Part shown: piece after piece, positions 56,026 to 64,000 of the stretch
Position numbering within the stretch: the first letter of the stretch is position 1
How the letters are laid out: each line of letters starts with the position of its first letter
Assembly (NCBI GenBank): GCA_016186955.1
Contig: JACPKP010000011.1
Coordinates: 12,477 to 76,476, forward strand
Reading direction: 5' to 3'
DNA: 64,000 nt
From: Candidatus Daviesbacteria bacterium
Lineage (GTDB): Bacteria; Patescibacteriota; Microgenomatia; Daviesbacterales; UBA10151
Program-made: the position numbers and the translations under genes
The notes under the pieces: generated by a model
Seen by the model: only the letters and a program-made list of their open reading frames with translations
Database searches by the model: none
Told to the model about the DNA's origin: nothing

Positions 56026-57969
56026 ATGGCTGTCCCAAATGAGCAAAACTTAAACCCCGAGCATATCAGCCTCTATAAGGAAGCCCGGAATTTTATATTT
56101 GATTACACCACCCATAACTACAGTTATCAAAAAAGTTTAATTGACCGCCTGATTAAACCCGGAGAAATTTATGTACTCTACCCTATTAAAACTATTGTCT
56201 ATTACCTGGTTAAATTATCCCCTCCGCCTAACCTGCTTTTTGGCGCTAAACCTCCTTTTTCCTATGAAAAGATCCATCCTTTTTTAAGGTATTTTGGGAG
56301 TAAAGATGTATACAACAGGTTAAATGATATTGCCGCCGGTAAATTTAAAGCCTTGCCGGATAAGGAAGAGGTGGAGATAGCAAGTTTTAATAAGCTTCCG
56401 GAGGACCAGAAAGATAAAAAAATAAACCGGGAGATTTCCAAAAAGACAGGAGGTAAAATTTTTGGCTTTGTATCAATTCCTACATTAAAACCACCGCAAC
56501 AATACCCCAAGGTAAATATAAAACCGTTAGCCGTACCCTCTTTTATAAAAAACCTGGGGGTCTGGTCACTTATAAAAGTAAGTAATTTAATAAACAGGCA
56601 CCCTAAAATATCAGTCCCTTTGTCTGTTGGTATGATAGTGGGTTTTATACAATATGTTGTGACAGGCAACCCGGCTGTGGGGTGGATTTCCGGGATACTA
56701 ACTTCTGCCGGGGTTCATATAGCTTCACAATATCTGTCTGCGCCAAGACAGCCCCAGCAGATCGGTGATGAGGATAAACAATACAATAGTGGTGGTTGGA
56801 CTGGTGGTGGGGGTGTGGGTGGGGGCAGTTTCCAGCCGCCATGGCGGTCAAAGACTTCAAGGGCTTTAGGAAGGGGTTTGGGTAAAGCAGGAGCCAGAGC
56901 TGCAGGAGGACTGGCCAAAGCAGCTGTACCGCTTTTGGCAAATCCAATCACCTGGGTGGTAATAGGGATAATATTTTTTATCCTGCTTTTCTTCTTTTTG
57001 ATATTTAATAAAAATACCTCACTGTTTAACCCTGTTGAAGAAGATGCTGTCCCCACAGCTACATCAAGCGCCCAGTTAAAAATCAGTAAAACAGCCCCCG
57101 GAGCTGTCCCAAACGGTTCCCCAATCCCCTATGAAATTACTGTTACATATATAGGTACTGGAACTGCGGATATCACTGTCACGGATAAATTACCCGATAA
57201 CACAGATTTTACCAGTAGTAATCCTGCAGCAACCCCTGATGCCAACAGAATTCTGACATGGAACTTTCCTAAAATCCAGCCAAACCAGCCTCAAAAAGTA
57301 AGTTTTGTGATCCAACCTAATAAAAATGATATTTATGTCCAAAATACCGATTATGGTGCCAAAATAACAGGTGTTACCGGGGGAGGAGGTGGCGAGATAG
57401 CTGCCTGCACCTTCTTCAGGGAAGGAGATACTACTGTAACCGGCGGAGTATCAGGATTAAAATTTAATATACCTGAGTGGCCTGCTTTGATAAATGAAGT
57501 TACTTTAAAAGTCGGTGTCCCTGCTTCTTTCATCGCTGGTTTTCTCAGGGTAGAGTGCCCTGATTGTTTCGCAACTTCAGATCCGAGTTATATCATAAAC
57601 GACTACGATGGGCATTCTTCAGGTGTAGCTTATGGTGCTATGCAATTTACTCCCGGTACTTTTGAAGAGGTTTTTAAAAACCACAAAGACGAACTGAGGG
57701 ATAAATTCGGGAAAACATCATTTACTTTAAATATTGATCCGGGAGACCGAAATAATCCTAATAGTTCGGTGTTTAGAATGTATAGTGTTAAGGATTCTGT
57801 GGTCGCTGCCTCATTTAAAGCCAGAGATGACAGCGGTGGGGTATTTGATGAAGCTGGGGTCAGAAAAGCTGTGAAAGCCTATTATGGCAGCTGTATTTAC
57901 GATCAGGGTGGACAGGAGTGGAATTACTGCAGCGATGTCTGGAATAGTGTTTCCAGCTGCCATCCTTAA
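56026..57969 (+). CDS. Membrane-anchored lytic transglycosylase (SLT domain) with DUF11-like repeat domain, VirB1/PrgK-like
   Basis: TM helices, Gly-rich linker, DUF11-like TAPGAVPNGSPIPYEITVTYIGTGTADITVTDKLPDNTDFT, and SLT motif SGVAYGAMQFTPGTFEE. Confidence 0.5.
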   Translation: MAVPNEQNLNPEHISLYKEARNFIFDYTTHNYSYQKSLIDRLIKPGEIYVLYPIKTIVYYLVKLSPPPNLLFGAKPPFSYEKIHPFLRYFGSKDVYNRLNDIAAGKFKALPDKEEVEIASFNKLPEDQKDKKINREISKKTGGKIFGFVSIPTLKPPQQYPKVNIKPLAVPSFIKNLGVWSLIKVSNLINRHPKISVPLSVGMIVGFIQYVVTGNPAVGWISGILTSAGVHIASQYLSAPRQPQQIGDEDKQYNSGGWTGGGGVGGGSFQPPWRSKTSRALGRGLGKAGARAAGGLAKAAVPLLANPITWVVIGIIFFILLFFFLIFNKNTSLFNPVEEDAVPTATSSAQLKISKTAPGAVPNGSPIPYEITVTYIGTGTADITVTDKLPDNTDFTSSNPAATPDANRILTWNFPKIQPNQPQKVSFVIQPNKNDIYVQNTDYGAKITGVTGGGGGEIAACTFFREGDTTVTGGVSGLKFNIPEWPALINEVTLKVGVPASFIAGFLRVECPDCFATSDPSYIINDYDGHSSGVAYGAMQFTPGTFEEVFKNHKDELRDKFGKTSFTLNIDPGDRNNPNSSVFRMYSVKDSVVAASFKARDDSGGVFDEAGVRKAVKAYYGSCIYDQGGQEWNYCSDVWNSVSSCHP

Positions 57970-57986
57970 TCTGATACAATTTAAAA

Positions 57987-58685
57987 ATGAAAAAATATTC
58001 AATTTACATTTTATCTGTTCTTATATCTCTTACTTTGTTATATGGTAAAAATGCCTTAGTTTTTGCCCAAACTGTGGTCAAAGGCCTACCTGTCACTACT
58101 AAAGTGGGCAACCCAACTGAAGGAGCACCTGGAGGAGGTATATTACCTGGACCTACAGGTTTTGTTTACTATTGCCAGGGTAATACTGCCTGGGCGAGTA
58201 CTTGTAGTTTAGGTGTTGCCGGGTGTGGACCAACCTCAATGGCTATGGTACTGAGTAGTTTTGGGGTGGTAAAAACCCCACCAGAAGTTGACCGGGAGTG
58301 GGGGTTTAGGGTATGCGGAGACGTTGGAAGTAGTATGGAAGATGCACTGGGAAGTAGTTGGCTGGCAAATTTAGGTTTTGATAAGGGCCCTAATATCGGA
58401 CAAGGAAGCTTGAATGAAAACCTTGCTAAAATATTTTTAGAACAAGGAAGTTTAATTATTGGATCATCACATGCTTTCCCGTGCGCAAATTGTAAACCTG
58501 GAACTACAACAGTTGACCATATTTTTGTTGTAGATGGGATAGATGTAGCCGCAGGAACTGTTAGTATCAGGGATCCCAACAACTGTAGTTACGCCGACGG
58601 AAACGATGAAAACCCCGCAAAAGTAATCCACAAAATCAACGAATTTACCTGGGCATATGCATATCCAATAAAAAAAGTGAGATAA
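57987..58685 (+). CDS. Secreted papain-like cysteine peptidase (Peptidase_C39-like/CHAP-like), cell-wall hydrolase
   Basis: Signal peptide. CQGNTAWASTCSLGVAGCGPTSMAMVLSSFG holds the catalytic Cys as in C39-like domains; a downstream His lies in DHIFVVDGID. Confidence 0.45.
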   Translation: MKKYSIYILSVLISLTLLYGKNALVFAQTVVKGLPVTTKVGNPTEGAPGGGILPGPTGFVYYCQGNTAWASTCSLGVAGCGPTSMAMVLSSFGVVKTPPEVDREWGFRVCGDVGSSMEDALGSSWLANLGFDKGPNIGQGSLNENLAKIFLEQGSLIIGSSHAFPCANCKPGTTTVDHIFVVDGIDVAAGTVSIRDPNNCSYADGNDENPAKVIHKINEFTWAYAYPIKKVR

Positions 58686-58692
58686 TAATTTT

Positions 58693-59103
58693 ATGGAATT
58701 TGTCAAAAAAAATATTTTACTTATAATAGTTTTTGGTTTAATTGTTTTAATAATCATTTCTATAGTTGTATTGGGACTGGGCAAAAAAAAACCTTTACCA
58801 TCCGGCAGTCCAATACCTTCAGCTTCGGCAGTAATCCAAAAACCTGAAACAGGAAAAAAATATCAGATTATTACTGGCGCGGACCAAAAACAAATAGATC
58901 AAGATTCTCTTGTAGGAAATCTGCTGACAAAATTACCATATAAGGGAACTAATTTTTCTTTAGATTATTCTTATAATTCCCTCCAATTTATACTTACTTT
59001 AAATACTCAAAATAAAGATCTCGGCAATAAAGAGTTTGACCAGTTTTTACTTCAAAACCAGATACTAGACAGATCATGGCTTAAATATTTAACAATTAAG
59101 TAA
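58693..59103 (+). CDS. Small N-terminally anchored protein (possible VirB8-like component)
   Basis: TM helix plus a soluble domain of about 100 aa. Call from position and topology only. Confidence 0.25.
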   Translation: MEFVKKNILLIIVFGLIVLIIISIVVLGLGKKKPLPSGSPIPSASAVIQKPETGKKYQIITGADQKQIDQDSLVGNLLTKLPYKGTNFSLDYSYNSLQFILTLNTQNKDLGNKEFDQFLLQNQILDRSWLKYLTIK

Positions 59104-59104
59104 T

Positions 59105-59590
59105 ATGAGTCTGAAACAAAAAATTATCGGGATTATTGTGGTTTTAGGGATAGCGTTGATTGCTGTTTTTCAAACTGGGTTGGGTGGAAATTTATCAGGA
59201 AGGATGGATTCCCTCCGCCAGCTGGCGGATCGCGGGAATGACAGTGTGAAGGGTGTGAATAATACCAAAGATCAGGAAATTAAAATAATCTCAACCAACC
59301 CGTCACCACTAGAGGAAACTACAATCCTTCCCATGCAAGCTATTGAAATAACCTTTAACCAGACTCTTGAAAGCGCCCCGGAGTTTAAAACCAGTATGGA
59401 GCCTAAGGCTGATTATAAAACCGAACTATCCGAAGACAGGAAAACCGCAAAAATCATTCCAATTAAACCATACACCCTAGGAGGAGGTTATACACTTCAT
59501 ATTTTAGGCAATACTAAATTTGACGGCAAAAAAGAACTAAACAGGGAAGAAATTTTCCATTTCAAAACCATAAATTACACTGGGGTATAG
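59105..59590 (+). CDS. N-terminally anchored Ig-like (Big_5/SbsA-like) domain protein
   Basis: ISTNPSPLEETTILPMQAIEITFNQTL matches the bacterial Ig-like Big_5 start pattern. Confidence 0.35.
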   Translation: MSLKQKIIGIIVVLGIALIAVFQTGLGGNLSGRMDSLRQLADRGNDSVKGVNNTKDQEIKIISTNPSPLEETTILPMQAIEITFNQTLESAPEFKTSMEPKADYKTELSEDRKTAKIIPIKPYTLGGGYTLHILGNTKFDGKKELNREEIFHFKTINYTGV

Positions 59591-59601
59591 TACTTATATT
59601 T

Positions 59602-60735
59602 TTAGCTTAATCTGATTGGCATTATCACATATTCAAGCCCCTCTTCACCGATAGGTTTAACTAAAGCCGGAGACAGGTTGCCTGAAAATTCAATAGAAAC
59701 CTGTAAACAGGCAAGTACTGAAAGTATGTCAATTAAATACTTACTATTAAAAGCAATGGAAATTTCCGAACCTTCAGTATCAGCCTCAAGTTGGGTTTCC
59801 TGGCCACCCACCTCTTTTGCCTCAGAAGATAAAACAATCTTTTTTTCAAAAGCGCTAATTTTTATTATATTAGCTTCCGACCTGGAAAAAACAGCGGCTA
59901 ATTTACATGCTTTTAGTAACTCAACCCTGTCTATAATTGTCCTGTTTTCAAACTTTTGAGGAACAATCTTTTCCCAAACAGGAAACTGACCCTCTATTAG
60001 GCGTGATGAAAGCTGGGTATCACCTATTTTAAAAACCATCTGGTTTTGGTTTTCCGATGTAGAAATCTCTATATTTTCTTCCCCAGATGAATCTTCACTA
60101 ATCAGCCTGGCAACCTCTTCAAATGTCCTTCTGGGAATAAGTACCCTTAAATTATTTTTTTCCTTCAAGTCAACTTTTGTAGTATCGGGATTAATTTTAG
60201 TGTGTTTATGTGCAAGCCTGAAACCATCTGTTGCCACAAATTCTAAACTATCTTTTTTAATCTCAGTTAAAATTCCTGTTAAGACAGGTCTTCCATCATC
60301 TGATGCAGCAGAAAAAGTGATTAAAGGAAGTGTATTTAAAAGGACTGTGCTGTTTACTAAAATAGGCTTATCGGAAGATATAGGTATAACAGGGAATTCA
60401 CTGGCCGGTATGCAATTTAAGGTAGCGTTAAATTTTTGAGTTGATATCTTAAGTTGCTCTGACTTTGATTCAATCTCTAGGGTTTCCCCTGTAAGTGATG
60501 CAATAATATCCAGGAATGTTTTAGCCGGCACTGTCAATTCTCCTTCTTCATAAACTTCCGTATTTACAGTTTTTATAATACCTACCTCTAAATTTGTGGC
60601 TGATAATTTAAGCCTATTATTTTCAGTCCTAATTAAGATATTAGCCAAAACAGGTAAGGTTGACCTGACCCCGACAGACCTTGATACAGCCTGTAATACC
60701 GGCAGTAAATCCTGCTGTAAAATTTTTATTTTCAT
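59602..60735 (-). CDS. dnaN: DNA polymerase III beta sliding clamp DnaN
   Basis: MKIKILQQDLLPVLQAVSRSVGVRSTLPVLANILI; 377 aa; lies downstream of dnaA. Confidence 0.85.
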   Translation of the reverse strand: MKIKILQQDLLPVLQAVSRSVGVRSTLPVLANILIRTENNRLKLSATNLEVGIIKTVNTEVYEEGELTVPAKTFLDIIASLTGETLEIESKSEQLKISTQKFNATLNCIPASEFPVIPISSDKPILVNSTVLLNTLPLITFSAASDDGRPVLTGILTEIKKDSLEFVATDGFRLAHKHTKINPDTTKVDLKEKNNLRVLIPRRTFEEVARLISEDSSGEENIEISTSENQNQMVFKIGDTQLSSRLIEGQFPVWEKIVPQKFENRTIIDRVELLKACKLAAVFSRSEANIIKISAFEKKIVLSSEAKEVGGQETQLEADTEGSEISIAFNSKYLIDILSVLACLQVSIEFSGNLSPALVKPIGEEGLEYVIMPIRLS

Positions 60736-60746
60736 CTTTGTGTTTT

Positions 60747-61205
60747 TTAATCCCTCCTTTTTATTGAAACAAACTTTTGTATTTCATCTTCTGTTACTTT
60801 AATCAACCTGAAATTTACCAACCCTGCTGTAATCAGATTTTTAATATGTTTTTCTTCCTCGGTTAAAATATGGTTTTGGCCGGATTTAACTTCTATAAAA
60901 TCAATCCGCTCATTGTTTTTAATACCTATAAAATCAATAGGCCACCCTAAGGGGATTATTCTATCATAATCATAACGGAGCTCGGCATAAGTCAAAAGTT
61001 CCGCCATCCTACCTTTTTGGGGATTAATTGAACCTTGTATTGTCTGGAGTATTTTAATAGGTAAATGTTCTATTTGTTTGTAAATATCAATAAAATCCTG
61101 GGGGATTTCAGAAGTTTTCCTTGAATGAAGCCTGCCAATAAGATAGGTTATTACCAAAGTAAGAATAATGATAATAAAAAAAATTAAATCTATTTTTATA
61201 GTCAT
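60747..61205 (-). CDS. Membrane-anchored PD-(D/E)xK nuclease-fold protein (Hjc-like)
   Basis: N-terminal TM helix; GRMAELLTYAEL...GWPIDFIGI...IDFIEVKSGQ gives a D...E-V-K motif with Hjc/VRR-NUC-like spacing. Confidence 0.4.
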   Translation of the reverse strand: MTIKIDLIFFIIIILTLVITYLIGRLHSRKTSEIPQDFIDIYKQIEHLPIKILQTIQGSINPQKGRMAELLTYAELRYDYDRIIPLGWPIDFIGIKNNERIDFIEVKSGQNHILTEEEKHIKNLITAGLVNFRLIKVTEDEIQKFVSIKRRD

Positions 61206-61390
61206 ATTAATTTATCCACATTTTATTAGGTTAACTTTAAATATTTATTATAGTAACCGTAGTTATAGATATTGTCTATATGTTAAAAACAATCTTATTT
61301 GAGCACTAAATTCGTAATATTTTCGTGTTGAAAACTCTTTTAAAAATGTGGATAAGTCAGTGGATAACTGTGTATTTATATGTTGATAAC
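61206..61390. promoter_or_regulatory. oriC-like region with DnaA boxes (dnaA-dnaN intergenic)
   Basis: Perfect TTATCCACA at 61212-61220 and perfect TGTGGATAA at 61347-61355. One-mismatch boxes at 61359-61367 (AGTGGATAA) and 61381-61389 (TGTTGATAA). AT-rich. Confidence 0.65.
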
Positions 61391-62758
61391 TCATGATATT
61401 AAACCCTGCCTTACTTCTAATACCAGCCTTTGTAATTCCCTATCCCTTTGGGATAATTGCCTGATTTTTTCTATTCCATGCAAAATTGTGGTATGGTCCC
61501 TTCCTCCCAGTATCTGGCCTATCCTTTCCATTGGCAGATTGCATTCTTCATACATTAAAAACATCGCTATTTGTCTGGGTATTACCAGCTCTTTTTGCCT
61601 CCTCGGGCCTGTCAAATCAGCCATCCTGATATTAAAATACTGGTTTATTTCCGCTAAAACTTTTTTATGGTCTAAAAACTGGGTGTTGGTATGGGGTTTT
61701 CCCATTAATTTCTTAATATAATCCAACTCAGGTTTATTACCTGTTGTTTTTATCAGCTGAATTATCTGGATCAGTTTTCCTTCCAACTCCCTGGTATTTG
61801 ATTCAACAGTTTCAGCAATTATTTTAATATATTCTTCATCTAAAAATTCCCCCCGCTCCTTAATTTTTGCCTTAAGTATTGCCACCCTGGTATCAAAATC
61901 AGGGAGTTGTATATCTACCATCAACCCGCCTTGAAAACGGGATTGCAGCCTTGGCTCAAGTTTTACAATCTCATTTGGAGGTCTATCAGAGGTGAAGACC
62001 AGCTGGCTATTTTTATTTTGCAATTCGTTAAACAGGTGGAAAAATTCCTGCTGTGTGGAATCCTTACCGGAGATAAATTGGATATCATCTATCAGTAAAA
62101 TATCACAGGAGCGGTATTTTTGACGGAAATCACCGGTTTTTTTTGTCTGTATTGAATCAACAAAATCGTTCATAAATTTTTCTGAAGGGGCGTAAACAAC
62201 TTTATAATATGGTTTTTTAGAAAGAAGGGCATTGCCAATACCCAACATCAGATGAGTTTTACCTACGCCGGATTGGCCGTATATAAAAAGCGGATTATAA
62301 GATACACCGGGATTTTGGACAACTGCCTGGGCTGCTGCAAATGCCAGATTATTGGTAAACCCAACCATAAAATTTTCCAAAGTAAATTTAGGGTTTAGGG
62401 GGTTTTGGATATTGGCAGTTTTAATGTTTCCCAGTGGGAATATACCCTCCTCTTTAATAGGTATTTTTTTAGTAAATTTCGAGGAATTTATTAAATATTC
62501 TACAGACAGATGTTTACCGGTAACCTGTTTTGTTGTACTGCTGATTAAATTATCATAACGGCGTATTAACTCCCCTTTTATAAATGCAGACGGGACAGAA
62601 ATTATAAGTCTTTCATCATTTATTTGATGAAGCGATGTTTGGGAGAACCATGTACTGAAGTTTTGGATGTTTATCTGACCCTTTATTATTTTAAGTATCT
62701 TACCCCACTCCTTATTATTATCCATAATGGAAAAGATACTAGTGGATAAGTTATACAT
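61391..62758 (-). CDS. dnaA: Chromosomal replication initiator DnaA
   Basis: Walker A GQSGVGKTHLM, LLIDDIQF, sensor motifs, and C-terminal DNA-binding helix VIPRQIAMFLMYE. Confidence 0.9.
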   Translation of the reverse strand: MYNLSTSIFSIMDNNKEWGKILKIIKGQINIQNFSTWFSQTSLHQINDERLIISVPSAFIKGELIRRYDNLISSTTKQVTGKHLSVEYLINSSKFTKKIPIKEEGIFPLGNIKTANIQNPLNPKFTLENFMVGFTNNLAFAAAQAVVQNPGVSYNPLFIYGQSGVGKTHLMLGIGNALLSKKPYYKVVYAPSEKFMNDFVDSIQTKKTGDFRQKYRSCDILLIDDIQFISGKDSTQQEFFHLFNELQNKNSQLVFTSDRPPNEIVKLEPRLQSRFQGGLMVDIQLPDFDTRVAILKAKIKERGEFLDEEYIKIIAETVESNTRELEGKLIQIIQLIKTTGNKPELDYIKKLMGKPHTNTQFLDHKKVLAEINQYFNIRMADLTGPRRQKELVIPRQIAMFLMYEECNLPMERIGQILGGRDHTTILHGIEKIRQLSQRDRELQRLVLEVRQGLIS

Positions 62759-62845
62759 AAGTAAAGATAGTGAAACTGTTTAAAAATAGATCAGCTTTTA
62801 AATTTAAGTTTTGCAATTTAGATGAAGCGCTGGTATACTAAACAA

Positions 62846-62986
62846 ATGTCCACTAAAAGAACCTATCAGCCCAAAAAAATAAAAAGAGCCAGGAAACATG
62901 GTTTTAGGGCTAGGATGGAAACAAGTGGTGGTAAAAAAGTCCTCAAAAGAAGAAGAATAGAAGGAAGAGTAAGACTGGCTGTTTAA
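62846..62986 (+). CDS. rpmH: 50S ribosomal protein L34
   Basis: Manual translation [46 protein letters not shown] (46 aa). Not in the ORF track because it is under 60 aa. Confidence 0.8.
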   Translation: MSTKRTYQPKKIKRARKHGFRARMETSGGKKVLKRRRIEGRVRLAV

Positions 62987-62987
62987 A

Positions 62988-63317
62988 ATGCTTCCAAAAT
63001 CCCAAAGACTGAATCTTAAGGAAAAATTTAAATGGGTAACTTCAGGTAAAAGAATAGAAACGCACTCATTTAAACTTTATTTAAAATTAGGAGATAATAG
63101 TAAACCCTTGATAGGAATAGCGGTCCCAAAACATATTATAAAAAAAGCCCACGATAGGAATAAAACAAAAAGGGTAATTTCAGATACGATAAACCAATTT
63201 TATACCAGCTTGCCAAATAACCTAAATTTAGTTATCATTCCCAAAGGGGATATTTTTAAAGAAAATAAGGAACAACTAAAAGATGAGCTCAGCATTACTC
63301 AAAACATTAATCATTAA
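62988..63317 (+). CDS. rnpA: RNase P protein component RnpA
   Basis: LPKSQRLNLKEKFKWV...FKLYL...IGIAVPKHIIKKAHDRNKTKR; classic position after rpmH. Confidence 0.75.
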   Translation: MLPKSQRLNLKEKFKWVTSGKRIETHSFKLYLKLGDNSKPLIGIAVPKHIIKKAHDRNKTKRVISDTINQFYTSLPNNLNLVIIPKGDIFKENKEQLKDELSITQNINH

Positions 63318-63498
63318 TATAATTGGTTTTTACCAGAAATACCTTTCATTTGACCGGGGATTATTGATGTTTTTAGCGCCAAGCGGAAGCTGTAAATATT
63401 CCATAACATGCTCTGAATATACAAAGCTGATGATTTTAGAAGAAGGTGTTTTAAAAGGAATTTTTAAAGGATTAAGGAGGATTATTTCATGCAGGTGA
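63283..63498 (+). CDS. yidD: Membrane protein insertion efficiency factor YidD
   Basis: IIGFYQKYLSFDRG...CKYSITCSEYTKLMILEEGVLKGIFKGLRRIISC matches PF01809. Confidence 0.65.
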   Translation: MSSALLKTLIINIIGFYQKYLSFDRGLLMFLAPSGSCKYSITCSEYTKLMILEEGVLKGIFKGLRRIISCR

Positions 63499-64000
63499 TT
63501 GGAGACCTTTTTAATGCACTTTTTCTGGCGCCAATTATAAATCTTCTGGTATTAATATTAAGAATTCTTCAGGCAATAAATATTCCAGGGGCTTTAGGTT
63601 TTGCAATAATTATTTTAACAGTCATTATCCGGGTAATAATCTGGCCTTTTATGGCAACCCAACTTAAATCAGCTAAAAAAATGGCAGATTTAAAACCCCA
63701 CCTTGATGAATTAAAAAAGAAGCACGGTAAGGATAAACAGTCTTTTGTAAAAGCCCAGATGGATTTATATAAAGAACACGGTGTTAATCCTGCCGGGGGT
63801 TGTCTGCCATCAATTATACAAATTCCAATAATTTTGGCGTTATACCAGGTGATACTTTCTTTATTTGATAAATCCGGGTTGGAAAAAATCAACCATTTTC
63901 TTTATACAAACTCCTGGCACATAAACACTCCTCCCGACCCGCAATTTTTTGGTGTTAGCCTGGCTGATAAACCGTCTGATTTTGCCAAGATAGGTGTATT
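63489..64000 (+). CDS. yidC: Membrane protein insertase YidC (5' part; continues beyond window)
   Basis: Manual translation MQVIGDLFNALFLAPIINLLVLIL...VNPAGGCLPSIIQIPIILALYQVIL (short Gram-positive-type YidC motif NP..GCLP.L.Q.PI..ALY). No stop within the window. Confidence 0.6.
   Translation, partial: MQVIGDLFNALFLAPIINLLVLILRILQAINIPGALGFAIIILTVIIRVIIWPFMATQLKSAKKMADLKPHLDELKKKHGKDKQSFVKAQMDLYKEHGVNPAGGCLPSIIQIPIILALYQVILSLFDKSGLEKINHFLYTNSWHINTPPDPQFFGVSLADKPSDFAKIGV

Noticed and set aside
62716-62749. DnaA-box-like 9-mers (ttatccata, agtggataa) at the very 5' end of dnaA
   Set aside because: They lie inside the first codons of dnaA itself. They could be autoregulatory, but they cannot be told apart from coding constraint by eye.

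Overview
This is an AT-rich, gene-dense bacterial window with small proteins, abundant toxin-antitoxin pairs and no rRNA. The overall look suggests a small-genome (possibly Patescibacteria/CPR-like) organism, but that is an inference only. The right edge is the chromosomal origin region: yidC and yidD, rnpA, rpmH, then dnaA and dnaN on the opposite strand, with perfect DnaA boxes between dnaA and dnaN. The housekeeping core also holds rpoD and dnaG, smpB with a tmRNA, comFC, tlyA, three NUDIX hydrolases and seven tRNAs. All four tRNA-Ser isoacceptors sit within about 8 kb. The main accessory content is threefold. (1) An integrated element of about 7.9 kb lies at tRNA-Asn. It is bounded by a perfect 19-bp direct repeat and encodes a large serine recombinase, an XRE regulator, a Rep-like protein, SpoVG, an Ltp-like exclusion protein and an HNH-like plus HEPN/Abi-like pair. 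Older decayed att remnants and a GC-rich palindromic repeat family lie to its left. (2) A type IV secretion-like locus at 41 to 59 kb contains PrgI/VirB3-like, split VirB4, SLT and C39-like hydrolases and a VirB6-like protein. It also has a tandem array of five VirB2/TrbC-like pilin paralogs plus a large Cys-rich protein ending in the same pilin module. (3) Heptanucleotide tandem repeats sit in the signal-peptide codons of three secreted or envelope proteins and just upstream of a fourth gene. Slippage by one unit would frameshift them, so they are phase-variation candidates. There are seven toxin-antitoxin pairs and one orphan Fic toxin. All calls rest on motif recognition by eye; no searches were run.
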